A stretch of DNA of 64,000 nt from Paecilomyces variotii (Eukaryota). How positions within the stretch are numbered: the first letter of the stretch is position 1; every line of letters begins with the position of its first letter. The notes beneath the pieces were generated by a model that saw only the letters and a list, made by a program, of their open reading frames with translations, ran no database searches and was not told the DNA's origin. Below, piece after piece: positions 12,110 to 24,662 of the stretch. Both the position numbers and the translations under genes were made by a program. The stretch lies in the NCBI GenBank assembly GCA_004022145.1, contig RCNU01000007.1; one strand, written 5' to 3'.

Positions 12110-13651
12110 TTACCCCATGACTTTTTGCCACAAGGCAGTTCGTAAGATATCTGCAACATTCGTGCTTCCATCCTCATTCAAGCATCCATCGGGCATGCTT
12201 CTCTTCATTTTATCCCAGTCGTCAAGCTTTCGATCGATCTCTTCCCCCATCCCAGATGCATTAAGGATCTCAGCTATCCTATAGTGGCAGTCGAGAAGAT
12301 CCGGGTGCGGGAAAGGCACATCGGTAGCATCTTCGGCTCGTTCGAATTGGATTGGACCAGATGGGAGCAGTCGCCTGTAAGGATGAGCGCAGCTGTTATA
12401 GACATTGAATCCGTACTTGTTTGGAACATCCTAGATGTATCATATATCAATTAATAAACTTTGCGACGTTTCGCTGAAACTTCTTCATCGATATCTTCGA
12501 TGATCAATGGGCGTTGTGCCTTTAGGACATGAATGGTTGATGACGACGAACGGAAGGACTTTAAGAAGGGTTTGATTTCTCGTTGAAAGTCGTCGTGGGA
12601 GATCTTTTCAGTCTGTCTTGCTTCGTTGGCGGTTAGATAAGCGTCCATTTCAGTGCGTACCGTCTTCTTAAGCGCGCAATGGCATTTGGCGAACTCCTTA
12701 TGAGCGAAGTCTGTAAGGGTGATTCCATTCGAAGGATCGTTGATTGTCGCGACAGCAATCCCTGTGTGTCGGACAGCTGGAAAATACCTATACAAAACCT
12801 CCCACATCATTGCTCTATCGTGCTCCAACTACCCCCGCGAGTTAGCAATTGCAAGTTAAAGACAGAAGAACGAAAAGCATCACATGACTACTGTTTTCTG
12901 ACCCCATAGAAAAGGGAATGATATGGACGCCTTCTAGGTATGCCCAAGAATCATCTTCCAGCGATCCAATCTCGACCCAGTGCGAACGATGCGTGAAGTT
13001 GGTTTGAACGCAGCGTTGCCTATCCCGACAAAATACATCAGTTCGGAACTGATCCTCGCGGCTCTGCGTTCCTGAAAGTGTCGAGGCCACATGCTCGAAC
13101 TTTCTGAGTTATCGATTGTGTCAGATTCCGACATTTGGAGTCGGTGAATGACACTGTCTACATCGGGAGAGAGGGTACCCGAGAGAGAGTTATCGATCGC
13201 TGGCCGATTCCAGAGATCCATCGGATTATGTGTGATCTCCAGGATAGTACAGGCCACTCCAAGGGTTTTGACTTTCACTTCTCAATAGGAGAATCTGCCT
13301 CGGACGAACGACTGAGAGTTTTCACTATGGGAAAATTAATATTCAAATATAAAAAGCTGTCTCCCTAAACACTGATTGGGGGGCAAGCAGTCCGGTGAGA
13401 AGATTAGAGAAGACCTGATAAAGCTCCTGATCATCTTTGCTGTCGAGGATATCTCGGGCAATCGATGCTCTCCCTCCTTTGGGAAGATAATCCAAGAAGG
13501 CCTTTAAAGCCACGACCAATTTGCCATCGGGTCTACCTTCTTGAGGAACGTAATTATCGAGCCTCTGCTTAGCGGAGGCAGCTGTCGTGGACCATTTATC
13601 CGGAGCCTCAGCATCAGTAGATAGAGATGACAGTCCGCGTTCAGGAGCCAT
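12110..13651 (-). pseudogene. Fungal HNH endonuclease (HNH_2-type) gene, probably disrupted
   Basis: Coding blocks 13651-~13375, ~13324-13279, ~13103-12884, 12828-12661 and 12430-12110. Motifs RDRQRCVQT, LEGVHIIPFS, INDPSNGITL..AHKEF and PHPDLLDCHYRIAEILNASG are typical of this family. The first intron cannot be spliced in frame with canonical sites, and an in-frame TGA follows DSPIEK. Confidence 0.7.
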
Positions 13652-15373
13652 TCTAGATGATGGATTGCACTCGCCGTGCGGATCTGCGGCGGACTTGAAT
13701 CACTCAGATTGAAAACAAACCCCGCAAAGCCTTGGTTCGTTCCTGCTGAAGTCGAAGTGAGGATAGAAGAATGAGTTGCAAGAGAGACGACGTTGAGGTT
13801 TCCTTTCTTCTTTCTTCTCTGTTTGTGAATGAATGCTTTTTAGAATTGGAACTAAACCGAAATAGTAATGATGTTAAGCGAGTGGACGAGTACGCGTGCC
13901 TACCTAAGGTATATAAGATCCTATGGATTCATATATGGAAGTAGTCAATTCACTGTTATATTGCGAGCTGAGGATTCAGCTGAAGCTATGGTAGCAGTGT
14001 GGGGATCCCACGTCTATGGTATAATAATAACATTGATCGGTGGCGGGGGGTCGGTTGTCTATATTCCGTTTCTGGCAGTTTGTGATGGACAGCCAGGAAA
14101 ATCTGGAGCGAAGCTCGCTGAGCTTGAATTCTCTATCTAGCAACTAGATATCTCAGCCTATTTATCTCTGTGGGTGGGCCTAGAAGACGTTGGAGAAACC
14201 CGACAGGAGGCCTGGGCCCTGTAGGCAGGCTCCGACAGAAAATAGTTAATGTCTCAAGAGCCACATAATCACGATTACCTCAGAATGAATGCGCAAAAAG
14301 TTCACTTCGGCCTGTAGGAATTAGAATAACTGCAAGGCATGATTCTCTCGACGCAACATAGGTAATATTTATGGCCAACTAGTGTCTTCTTAACCAAACA
14401 CTTAGTTACCATCCTGGGCTGGCCGGTCCCACTGAGATACCTCCCTTTTCAGCCCTACAAAGCTACATCTTATTTAAAGTCGCCTACGGCTTTTCGATTA
14501 GAAAAATGGAACACAAACACATGAAATAAGAGACCTCCCGTCGACAAGTCGAGGCGACTGCCAGATAACGACCGTATGTTGGGCCGATCTAAAGTGCTGA
14601 TGACCGCGCAGGTAGGATGGCTGCTGCTGCAATATCGCTGGGCCCAGAACAGAATGCAAAAGACAGAGCCTATTAAAGATCGCTTGCGAAGCGGTATTAG
14701 TAAGAAAACACTTTCGTGTTTCCTCCTAGGCGCTAGTCATTCTTGAAGTCGATAAGGCGTTGCATTGCTGGATTATGCGTATCGCTATACATCACACTAG
14801 TTGGCATATCGCAAATATGAACCGGAAGCTAAGATACTAACCATTGCTTTAGGATATTCGCGCTAACTCGTAAGTTTTTATAGCAGGCTCAATCGACTAG
14901 AGGAGCAGCTCGCTGCTCTATACTACTGCTATTAAGGCGTAGTTACGATGCAAGAAGTCGGTAGCCAATCACAAAAGTCCAGGTATAAAGAACAGAAGGC
15001 GACATCATTCCAGCTTAACTATTTGTTTCCTGTTCTTCAGGTATCCCAATAAACATAGCAAGCGGAGTCACGTGCTACAGACGATCTGCGGGTGAAGAAA
15101 CTGCGAGTATTGCAATGTCCATTATTGATGCTATCCTAAATCAGGTACATGTCTTAATTCTGGCGAGCATCACCAAGACAGCTATAGTCTATCCCATATT
15201 CATTGCGGATTCATGAATTTCATCAACGGCCAGTCCTGGTACTCAATCTCATGAATCTGGTGTTTAAATGGCCAGTTGACTGACCCAACAATCATTACCA
15301 CTCCTGGACTCATTTTCTTGCGTCTCTCTCATGCACGTGTGGACCGAAAAGGGCCGAAAGACTCATCACATTG

Positions 15374-17707
15374 ATGCAGACTGTTCTATCCCAGCCGTCC
15401 CAGCGTCGCCAGAATGCAAGTTGTGACCCGTGTCGACGCTCGAAGCGACGCTGCTTGGTGGAACCCCACCAAGAAAGGAAGACTGGCACGGTCTGTCAAA
15501 ACTGTAGACGACTGCGATATCGTTGCACTTTCGACTTCGCTGAGTCCCGGAGGAAACAGGGGAAACGGACTCGTTCAGTTGCTGATGGCCCGCTGACAGC
15601 TGACGCGTTGGCGGCGTCTGAGAGAGCAGCGAACGAATTCGCAGAGTCTGATTTTCAAGCAGGATTCGAGGATAGCAATGATATCCTAGATTCTTGGCTG
15701 AATTTCGATGCAGACCAATTTTTGGATGATAACTTGATATCTATTCAAAATGGCACAGGTTCAATGGAGTCCGCCTCCACACATCAGCCAGTAGTGGTTC
15801 TGGCAGAGACACAACGTGATACTGGAAATTCCCTTCTTTCCGCTCGATCGGAGGCTATGCAAGGCCTAGTGAAGCATAGAGCTAGATCAGTGATTGGATG
15901 TTCACTCAGCAGTCCTATGCGCCTGCTAAACTCGTCAATGAATGCGAGTATTCTAGATGAACATCTAACCGGGATCTGTGAGACGATTATGGGGGGTTGC
16001 GCATCTATATTCCTAGACTATGATTGCAATATGTACGCCGGGGGACATCGTTACTTGATCGAAGAGACTGAATTCCACAGACCAGAATTATCGCCAGCGA
16101 TGAAGTCAACATCATATCTGGCAATGCCTTCGCCATCGGAACAATTTCCACAATCTACAGAATCGATAAATCCCCTGGCTTTATCAAGCCCTAATGACGG
16201 TTACAAGATGACCGTCTGGGGAGCTTTTCAATTCCTAGATCACTTCAGTGATCTTTACGGCAACAGGCTGAGCAAAAAAGCTCGAAAGCAGTCAGAGGAA
16301 GTTTTAAGAGAAGTAATAAGGGTCTCTTCGCTTCAATGGTTGCCTGAGTCTGGGGCCTCATCCGAGATGGGGTCTCTCTCTAGTCAGGGACTGAGAGACG
16401 GCTCATCCAACGCTTACGCTGATTCTTGGTATCGAGCACGATCGCTGGTCCGTGACGCAGAATCGATACGATCATTTACAGTTGTGCTAGCAACTATCGC
16501 ATTTGATATGGTTACCATCCCTCAAGAAGCTTGCGGCGATACGCCCGAGCCTGCCTTAAGGCACGAATTCCTTGATGTTAGTCTCAAAAAGCTTTCTTTC
16601 CTCGATAGCCTCGTCACAAAATACTGTGCCAACTTGGGGCCTTCCTCCCAATATGGAGCGGTCATGGAGTCCTGTCTAAACTTTGCTCGTTGGTTTGGGT
16701 ATCTCCGCGACACTGTGGCCGGGCTCACAACGAATCGCGGCTGCAGGCTCCCGGAAGTACCGAGAGACACGCAAGGTAAGCTGATTCCCACTCTTGAAAT
16801 TTATTGTTGGCAGACCAAGACTCACATATAAAAGATACTCTAAACAATGATCCGAGCCCATACTTCACGGCCTCTCAAGATAACAGAGCGCATTTGGATG
16901 ATAATGTCGCCACTGTAGGTCGAAGAGCAATGATGGAGGCCTTCCATGTTTGGCGCCAGGTTATCAGAATTAAAGACGCGAATTCGCATTCTCAGAATGC
17001 ACCTGGGCCTGGTGGAACAGTGTTTGGAGACATAAACTCGACCCTGACAGCCGTTGCCACTTTCGAACAATCTTTCCGCCCATTCATAACTTGCTGTGCG
17101 GAGCACTTTGGTATTCTGTCAGGCATCTCAAGAAAGTTTTTCGGTATGCATAGATGCATCCTCAGCGCCTACTTATTTCTCCCTTCCGCGGGAACAAGAA
17201 CTACTACTGACAGATATTTCAACAGTCTTTCTAGTTGTGTTCTGGGATCTCGGGGTCCTCGTCTTATGTGAAACCCTGCGATCGATGCTCAGTGAGGCTG
17301 ATCCTTCCCACGAGAACATAATTACAAGCGTACGAATGCACCAATGGCGAGCAGCTTCATCAGTGGCGCAAATGGTCGAATGCGTACTGGACTTACCAGC
17401 CGGCGAGGCATTCGAAGAGAATAGCGGCTTGGGAGCGGATATTCCATTAACCGTATCTCACGTTTCACCTGGAATAGTCGTGATCGCTTTAGAAAAGGCG
17501 ATCCAGAAGATTATCGACTGGCGATTCTCTTCAGACTATGAAATAGTACCCGATGACACGTGGAAACTTCATGTAGGCTCCCTTATGAAAGGCCTTATTT
17601 CGATGGAAGTGACCATAGGTGGGTCACGCACTGCGGGCGCAGCTCTTCAGTCTTTGATGCGGGACTATGGCGATATCCTGTGTGAGTGCTGGCCAGGTGG
17701 TCTTTAA
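15374..17707 (+). CDS. AlcR-like Zn(II)2Cys6 transcription factor (~730-737 aa)
   Basis: RRQNASCDPCRRSKRRC-x13-CQNCRRLRYRCTF closely matches the AlcR-type binuclear cluster with extended Cys3-Cys4 spacer. Introns 16776-16813 (or -16834; both in frame) and 17144-17225 join three ORFs. Confidence 0.82.
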
Positions 17708-18372
17708 TTCAGACCTGATTTGATTGGACGGAGATGCCATTATCTTTCAGGACTCTCGGGGTAAGCTGTGACTTGACTTTGCGGGCATCTGCACCGATGA
17801 AGAATCTACGGTGCACGTTGGCACCACTGTCGATGACTAGCTCGAAAGATGGAAATGGATGTACGATAGCGAAATATAGACTCCGCTCGTCTACTATATA
17901 CGAACGATTGATTGTTAGCATATGAAGCGCCATAGAAGCCTAATCATCTTGGTGCTTGAGTCTATCGCCCCACCATCCCTGTGACGATTGAAGTCCCCAT
18001 GATGATTGAGGATGTTGAGCCAATACAGTCTGGGCCAATATCTTAGAAGTGACTTTCCTGGACAGACACCTTGTTGACGGGAAAACTTGCAGCGGTCCGA
18101 TGCCGCAATCCCAACTCCTCTAAATCCAGTTTGAGGAGCCGAAGTCAGCGACTTTCTTTGATGGTTCGAGATGATTTTGTAAGATTGTACCAATTATGGC
18201 CAGACATGGACAGTATATGCCATCTAGGTTATCTATCTCTCGGGTAATCTAGTACGCATTATATATAATGCTACTAATGAGATCCCCCGTTACTGTTACA
18301 TATGTATGAGATGCTTTACATATCAAGAGACAATAATTATTACAGTGTTAGATGTATACATTTCCGAGATGC

Positions 18373-19684
18373 CTAAAAAACAAGGTCCCAAACAACCAAA
18401 TAAGTACACAGTCCAACAGTTCCCCAGAAGACCATCTGCGCTGTACTGCGGCGCTCTGTTGCGCGTTTGAGTTCCTTGTTGCCTTGACCCACGTTCGTGT
18501 GTGTTGTCTGAGCGTCAGCAACAAGTTGGTTGATGTAGTCTTCTTGAGTGGATAGATGAGTGACCAACGTCTGCTGTAGGGACGAGATCTCGAGGAGAGA
18601 TTTTTCGGCGTTTCTGTACGTTTACTAGTCAGCTGCATGTTTCAGATGAGGGCGTCGCAAAGTGAATTTTTTAGGTTCTGCAAGGAAGGCTCCCAACGTA
18701 CTGGACTTTGCTCAACGTATCCTCGTAATGTTTGAGCATGGTATTATTCTCCTGCTCAAAGAGCTGTAGCTGCTCCGGCGAGAGCTGCGACTCGATATCC
18801 GCAACTTCGGCCTCGCTCATTGCTGCACCGTACTCCCTCCGTGTCAGCGACGCAGCCGCGTAATTACTCTTCCCACTGTCGAACGCAGCAGCAGCAGCTC
18901 CATCCGGCGGCCGTGTCGGGATATCCCCCCGCATACTCCCCATCTTGTAGAGGACACTCTTCTCCTTCTCTCTTACCCTCTCTATCCTCTTCTCCACCAT
19001 ACTCCGCTGCACCTCTGCCGCCGTCTCGAGCCCACGTCTCAAAAACCACAACATGCTCTCCCGCACCGCCCGAATCGTACGGGCTGATTCTTCATCGTGC
19101 TCTTGCTCCGGGGATCTGAGCTGATCATCATCCCCCAATGCACCAGATCCACCCGCCCAGCGCCATAATAGCTTATTCTTATGCCCGTACTTCTTCTGAA
19201 GGATCGTGGCCTCAGTTTCCTGCCGGAGAGTCTCTGCAGAAGAGAGATTCGCGATGGACGACGACAGGTCACGAAGAAGTAGCGCAGTCGAGGAGTCAAT
19301 CGAATCGCGCTCTTCGTCACTCAGATGCTTATGAACCTGGCTCTGTGCTTTGAGAGAAGAAATCGAGCCGCTAGATGGTGTGCGGCGGTGATAAGCTGGT
19401 GGAGCAGGAGCTGTGGAGAGATACGAGTGACGTATGGATTGGAGGTAATGAAGGAGAGAGGTGATATGGGAATTCTGTAGTATGAGGAAATAAATCCGTC
19501 AGCAAAAACAAAATCCCCATTTCTCTAATCTCTCCCCGGACACAAAAGTCTCTGTACTAACTATTCTATACGCCTCCTTGAGGAACTCATCCACCGTCTC
19601 GGTCGAAGGTCGACGTTCCCGAATCGCAGGAGCGGAATGGGTCTCCGTGAGGAGTTGGCTAACAATTGGAGTTAGGTTCGTCAT
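18373..19684 (-). CDS. ufe1: ER t-SNARE syntaxin-18/Ufe1
   Basis: Exons 19684-19562, 19474-18702, 18613-18373. N-terminal MTNLTP..DEFLKEAYRINSHI..L..IR.SYL (syntaxin-18 N domain), SNARE coil AEKSLLEISSLQ..NVGQGNKELKRA, C-terminal TM ending LVVWDLVF. Confidence 0.9.
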
Positions 19685-20595
19685 TGCTATCGCATGACAG
19701 TCGAGTTGTTGGTATTATTGTAAAGGAGGATTATTCGAATCTCGCTCATAGCTGTAGCTAGGCAATGCGCCAGCTGTCAACAATCCGTCCGAGCTTCACG
19801 TCAATGGCGGAGATCTCTTGGCGCTACTTAGGTACATACCTAGCCGCGTGATCGACCGAACCCTAAGTAAGGCTGCTTCGCCAGATATATGTGTTTAGAT
19901 CTGGTGGATCTGGAGAAGTGTTATTGGGGTTTTTGCTTTCATTTCACATTCGAAGATAAGATTCTCACTAAAATTGAATATCCTCACTCTGGAATTGACT
20001 AAACCTGCCTTTGGACAGCTGATCGTTCAATACGACGGGGAAATCAGTCATAGAATCGAATAGAAAGTAACGCGGAAAATGTAGCTCATAATAGATGTGT
20101 GTAGCCTAGGCTCAGAACCAACTTCTAATATGCAGAAAGTTATAAAGGGGAGTCTTATAACTCGTAACACAATCCTTGCAGTGTTACAACACCGAACACA
20201 ACTGATAATACCGCTGATACCATCAGTACTAGGCATGCGCATAAGTGCAGGCTTAATATAACTACTTGTTTTCTGGCATATCTCAGAGGACACGAGTATT
20301 ATGCTCATTCCCTAATCACAAGGGCGCATTGCTTCTATTCGAAAATCGGTGACTGATCTCATCTAACTGGTAACGTTTCGCTCGCCAAACTCACAAACTC
20401 AATACCATGTCAGGGATATCAACAGGTCATGAGAAGGGAGGGGGGTTTGGAACATCGTCTGGGGAATCATGGTGAAAACAAATTCTTGCTCCTTAACGCC
20501 AGGTGCCAAGTAGTACCTACTTCACGTAAACATGCGGAACGACCAGGAAAGCGTCCACGTATTGGAAAAAAGAAACCGCAACGACACGAAGGTGA

Positions 20596-22426
20596 TTACT
20601 TCTGTTCAACCCATATCTGATGACCGATTAGTTTATGTGATGGGATACTTGATAAGACAAGAGAGTACACATACCTCCATTTTGCCCATGTCGTTTCCTT
20701 CCCTCCTTGCCATATCCTTGGCATTGCTGATCAGTAGATCGAGATCGTCCTGATCGGCCATGGTGATCATATCGCCTTCGTCTTTCATCTTGATGCGCAG
20801 TCGAGAGCGGAACCCGAACTTCTCTCGAATCCGGCCCTCGAACTCACCATAGTCGATAGAACCTGGGATCATAATGTAGCGTATGTCGCCTTCTGCGTGT
20901 ACCTTAACACGGAATTTGCGAACATCAGGCCGGCGAGAGTTTGCCCTTCTCCTCTGAGACGGGCGGGGCTGGGGTGCTGGCATCATCTCGAATTCGCCGT
21001 CATCAAAGGTGTCATCCTCATATCCGTCGCTCGCGTATTCTTCGTCCTCATCAATGTACCGTGGTTGTTGCCGTCTCGACTGTCCTCTTCGACTGGAATT
21101 CCCAGTTGAGCGCGGGCTAGTGTACATGTCATATACATCGTCTGCGTAGCCGTCCTCGGGGTATCTTGATCCCATCGTCTCTCGATAAGCAGGTTGCCTG
21201 CTAACGTCACGGCGGGAATCAGCATACTGCCTGGGGCGTCGAGATTCTGAAGCCGCGCGTGATGGGGCAGGGCGTTGCCTGTCCATAGATGGCATCTCAC
21301 TGGTCCGGCCATTTGTTGTGGCCCCAGCTCGGTTGAAGTTGAGGTTTGGAGGACGGCCAGAGCGTACTGATGCGGCCCGCTGCGTCAAGGCGCCACCTCC
21401 GAAGCCGTCGCCAGATTTATCAGAATCAGGTGGTGGTGTTGGAGGGAAGGTGTTGCGGTTGAGCGGAGGTTCTGACAGCTGTCGCGCTCGACTGGTGAGA
21501 TTCCTTTGGACCAGATTCGTCGCTGCATACGAGATCGCTTCAGCGGGGCGGTCATCTGCTGCCTTGGCCTCCATGGTCTGCGCTCTCTTCAATTCTGAAC
21601 CTTGGAACCCAGTGAAAGCGTTATTACGGTCAGCGGCTGCAACCAGCTTGGCCTTCCCCAGGTAGTCCTTCGTTTTCAGATTCTTCACCTTGGCGTCATT
21701 CGGTCTGTAGACCACGCCAACAGGAATTGAGAAGACAGTGTAACCCTGGAACGTGTTAGAGCGCATTTCTTTTGACCGTTACGGTCAGACATACCTCTGC
21801 TTTCTCTTTAATGGCCTCGTCAATGACATTGTGATCAGGCGTGACTTTCTCCTTGGCTGCATATTCCAAGTCCTGCAAACCAGGAGCTTCCTGCTGCAGG
21901 TAGATGTAGCATAAACCTCTGTTAAAGAGAACTTCACAAGAGAACAGCTTAAATTTCAGCCCTAGTTGCTCATAATCGATGGATGTATTGCCACGGAGGT
22001 AGAGGAGGGTATCGTTGAAATTGGCCAGCGCCTCTTCGAAATCGCCCAACAGGAAGTTTGAAACTCCTTGCTGGAAATATGCAACAGCCAGATATTGGTC
22101 CAGGGCTACTGCACGTTGGTAGCATTCGACCTAATGGGTATCAGTCAGCGCCGACGTTCCACAGACAAAAACCCCGCATTGATATCTACACATACCGCTT
22201 TCTCATGTTCTCCCAAGGTCGCCTGGATGACACCACAGTTGAACAAGATCTTTGATGTATCCGCAATATTATCGAATACTTTCAACGCTTCATCATATTC
22301 ATTATTGTCGTAATGTGCAAGCGCCTCGACCCAGGTTTCGATTTCCTGTTTGCAGCATACTGGTTATTATACTGTCCGACAGAACCTGTGAATTTGAAGC
22401 TTGTAACTCACCTGTTTAAGCGACAT
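20596..22426 (-). CDS. noxR: NADPH oxidase regulator NoxR (p67phox-like; TPR repeats and C-terminal PB1)
   Basis: Exons 22426-22412, 22345-22196, 22130-21795, 21745-20675, 20616-20596. Starts MSLKQEIETWV; TPR motifs YLAVAYFQQGVSNFLLGDFEEA and IDYEQLGLKFKL; activation region KDYLGKAKLV; PB1 RVKVH..IKMKDEGDMITMADQDDL. Confidence 0.95.
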
Positions 22427-24662
22427 CGCGATGGCTAACTGGCAGGCCTATGTTGATAGTATAATCTACAGTACCGCGGTCGGGTGAGTTACCAGGGACC
22501 GGGGCGAACAGCGATCCACGGAATGTCCCGCCTGGCTGACTTCCCCGCAGAACCACTCTAGATCTAGAATGCTTTCGCGAGTAACTAGACTGATTAGGCC
22601 TGCAGAAATCGTACCGACCGTTCAATCGTCTGCAGTGGCGATCGTACGAAATTCGTGAAAGAAGGGGAGTGCCGTCTTAATGCTGAGTCCGAGAACCACG
22701 GCCTTGCCAACCCTGTTAAATATCCCAACCCCCGGGGAATTGATTGGCGTGTGATGCGCAGTGACTGCTGCACGGCGCGAGCGGGAGCACCAGACGATGG
22801 CGGGGCGCTCTCGTTACCGCTGAAGCTAGAGTAATAACTAGTATACCGACCAACAGGAGGGGATTCAGCCAAGCGAATTGTGTCCACGGAGTCGTGGCTT
22901 GGTTGTGCAATGGTGCTGTGACCGAGGCTTTGGTTCACTAAGATTAAGGAGGTCTCGACGAATCTCTCGTCGCTGGAGCTAAAAATGAGATACGGAGGAA
23001 AGAATAGGCAGCAAAGAAACAGAAGGTAATCGATTCAAAGAATGCGTCCCAGATCAGACAGAGAACATGGGCTAAAGGAGGGGAAGCGAACTGCAGGAGA
23101 GCAGGAATCCAGTCCGATCTCGCTTGTCGTGCTTTCGCAGTATTATCAGGTCCAATGAACGGAAGTCGAGGGCCAGCCTGCGAGAAGAAGAGAATGGAAA
23201 AGAAATAAAAAAAAAACTTGCAGCAATCAAAGGCAAAGATGGACAGCGAGTGACGACCGGCCAGAAGCAGCAGCAGCAAGCGGCGTCCGGAAGAGCAGGA
23301 AGTGGCAGAGATAACCATCTGCCCACGGGGCTGGTGATACAACAATAACAGGGGCAGAACCAATTGGTCTCATGCATAAGCCTACAAAGTCAGGGTCCAG
23401 AAGTCTGATCTACCTCCTGAGTGGATAGCACCACTCGAGCAAAGCGTTCCAGGTCCATCGCCTGCAAGTATTGGATATTGGATATCAAACTGGTGCCGAC
23501 TAGGCGCGAAGTCTACTATGGTCGAACGACGATTATCACCAACGGCTGCTCGAATCGTTCTGAACACCCTTTGCCAAGCATCAACGGGCCAGAGGCATTG
23601 CTCCTCGTTGAGTATAACTAACCAAATACTCCTGTGCCAAGGATCTCATAGATGCTAATAGATGCTAGAGGAGCCTTCAAATCCGGTAATAATAATAATC
23701 ACACTGCTGGAGATGGCCCGTGCCGCCTGGAAGTGGACGCGACCCATAGCGACGCTTCCACTTTCCCCGGTTAAGCCTCAGTTAAAGAACCCTCTGTGCA
23801 CCCTCCATTCAGATCGTCGTTCACACTATCTACAGTAGATGACCTGGCAAACATCGCACATCTCACTTCAATCCGTCCTAGCAATTTCCCTGCCAAAGAT
23901 CGAGTCCTCTGTTCACGCCATTTCGGAATTCGACTGTCCACGTCCCGATTTCTTTGCGGGCGCCCAGACTTCAGTCATGGCAACGCTGATACTGCCGGTG
24001 TTTGAGGTTGTTCCAGAGCCCGACGATACCGACCCATTATGGTCAACAAATCAATCATTCGACTCGAGGTAAGTGGCTGTCTCAGGTGTCAGCCTATTCA
24101 GGAAATTTTTGGCACTCCCACATAGTCTGTCTCATCTACATCACAGGTACGATATTTACTTTTCAGTCAGTACCTCTGCCAAAAGGGCACTCGGTACTTT
24201 CATCCGGTCATTTGATCCACTACAGCAGCTAGCAACCAGATGGTAATCCTGTTACCGCGAAAGGGCCATTCCTTGAGCTCGATGTGACACGGTGTTTCCC
24301 GTTACGATAATTCACAGGATCCATGTTTCCAGCCTCACGAGACGGTCTAGAAGCCTTATTTCCAGTACCGAATATTAGTTCGGAAACCCCCTCAAGATCT
24401 CACTGAACAATGGCCCTGTCCTAGCATGGATATCATCTTCAATGCAGTAACATTCCTCGACACGTGTAAAACAGGTAGGAGAAAGATAAACGTCACGCTC
24501 CTGGTCATACTCATCGTAAAGGGGTCCTGTCGCTTGGGATTCCCTTCCATGGCCATGCTTCCTTCAGGCGATCCCGGTCGAAGAGCTCTTTCAGGACTCA
24601 ACTGCTGCCGGGGGTCACCATATGCTTGGTGCAGAGTGGATATGATTGATGGGAACCCGATT

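Noticed and set aside
18285..18350. Cluster of TTAC motifs at the island/core junction as a Starship target site
   Set aside because: None fits TTAC-N7-A, and the stretch is the AT-rich 3' region of ufe1.
19859..19866. AACCCTAA telomere-like motif
   Set aside because: Single copy in a promoter; no telomeric array or telomerase-RNA structure supportable.
22594..23621. Overlapping short ORFs upstream of noxR
   Set aside because: Low-complexity promoter/5' leader sequence (A-run, CAG run); no coding motifs.
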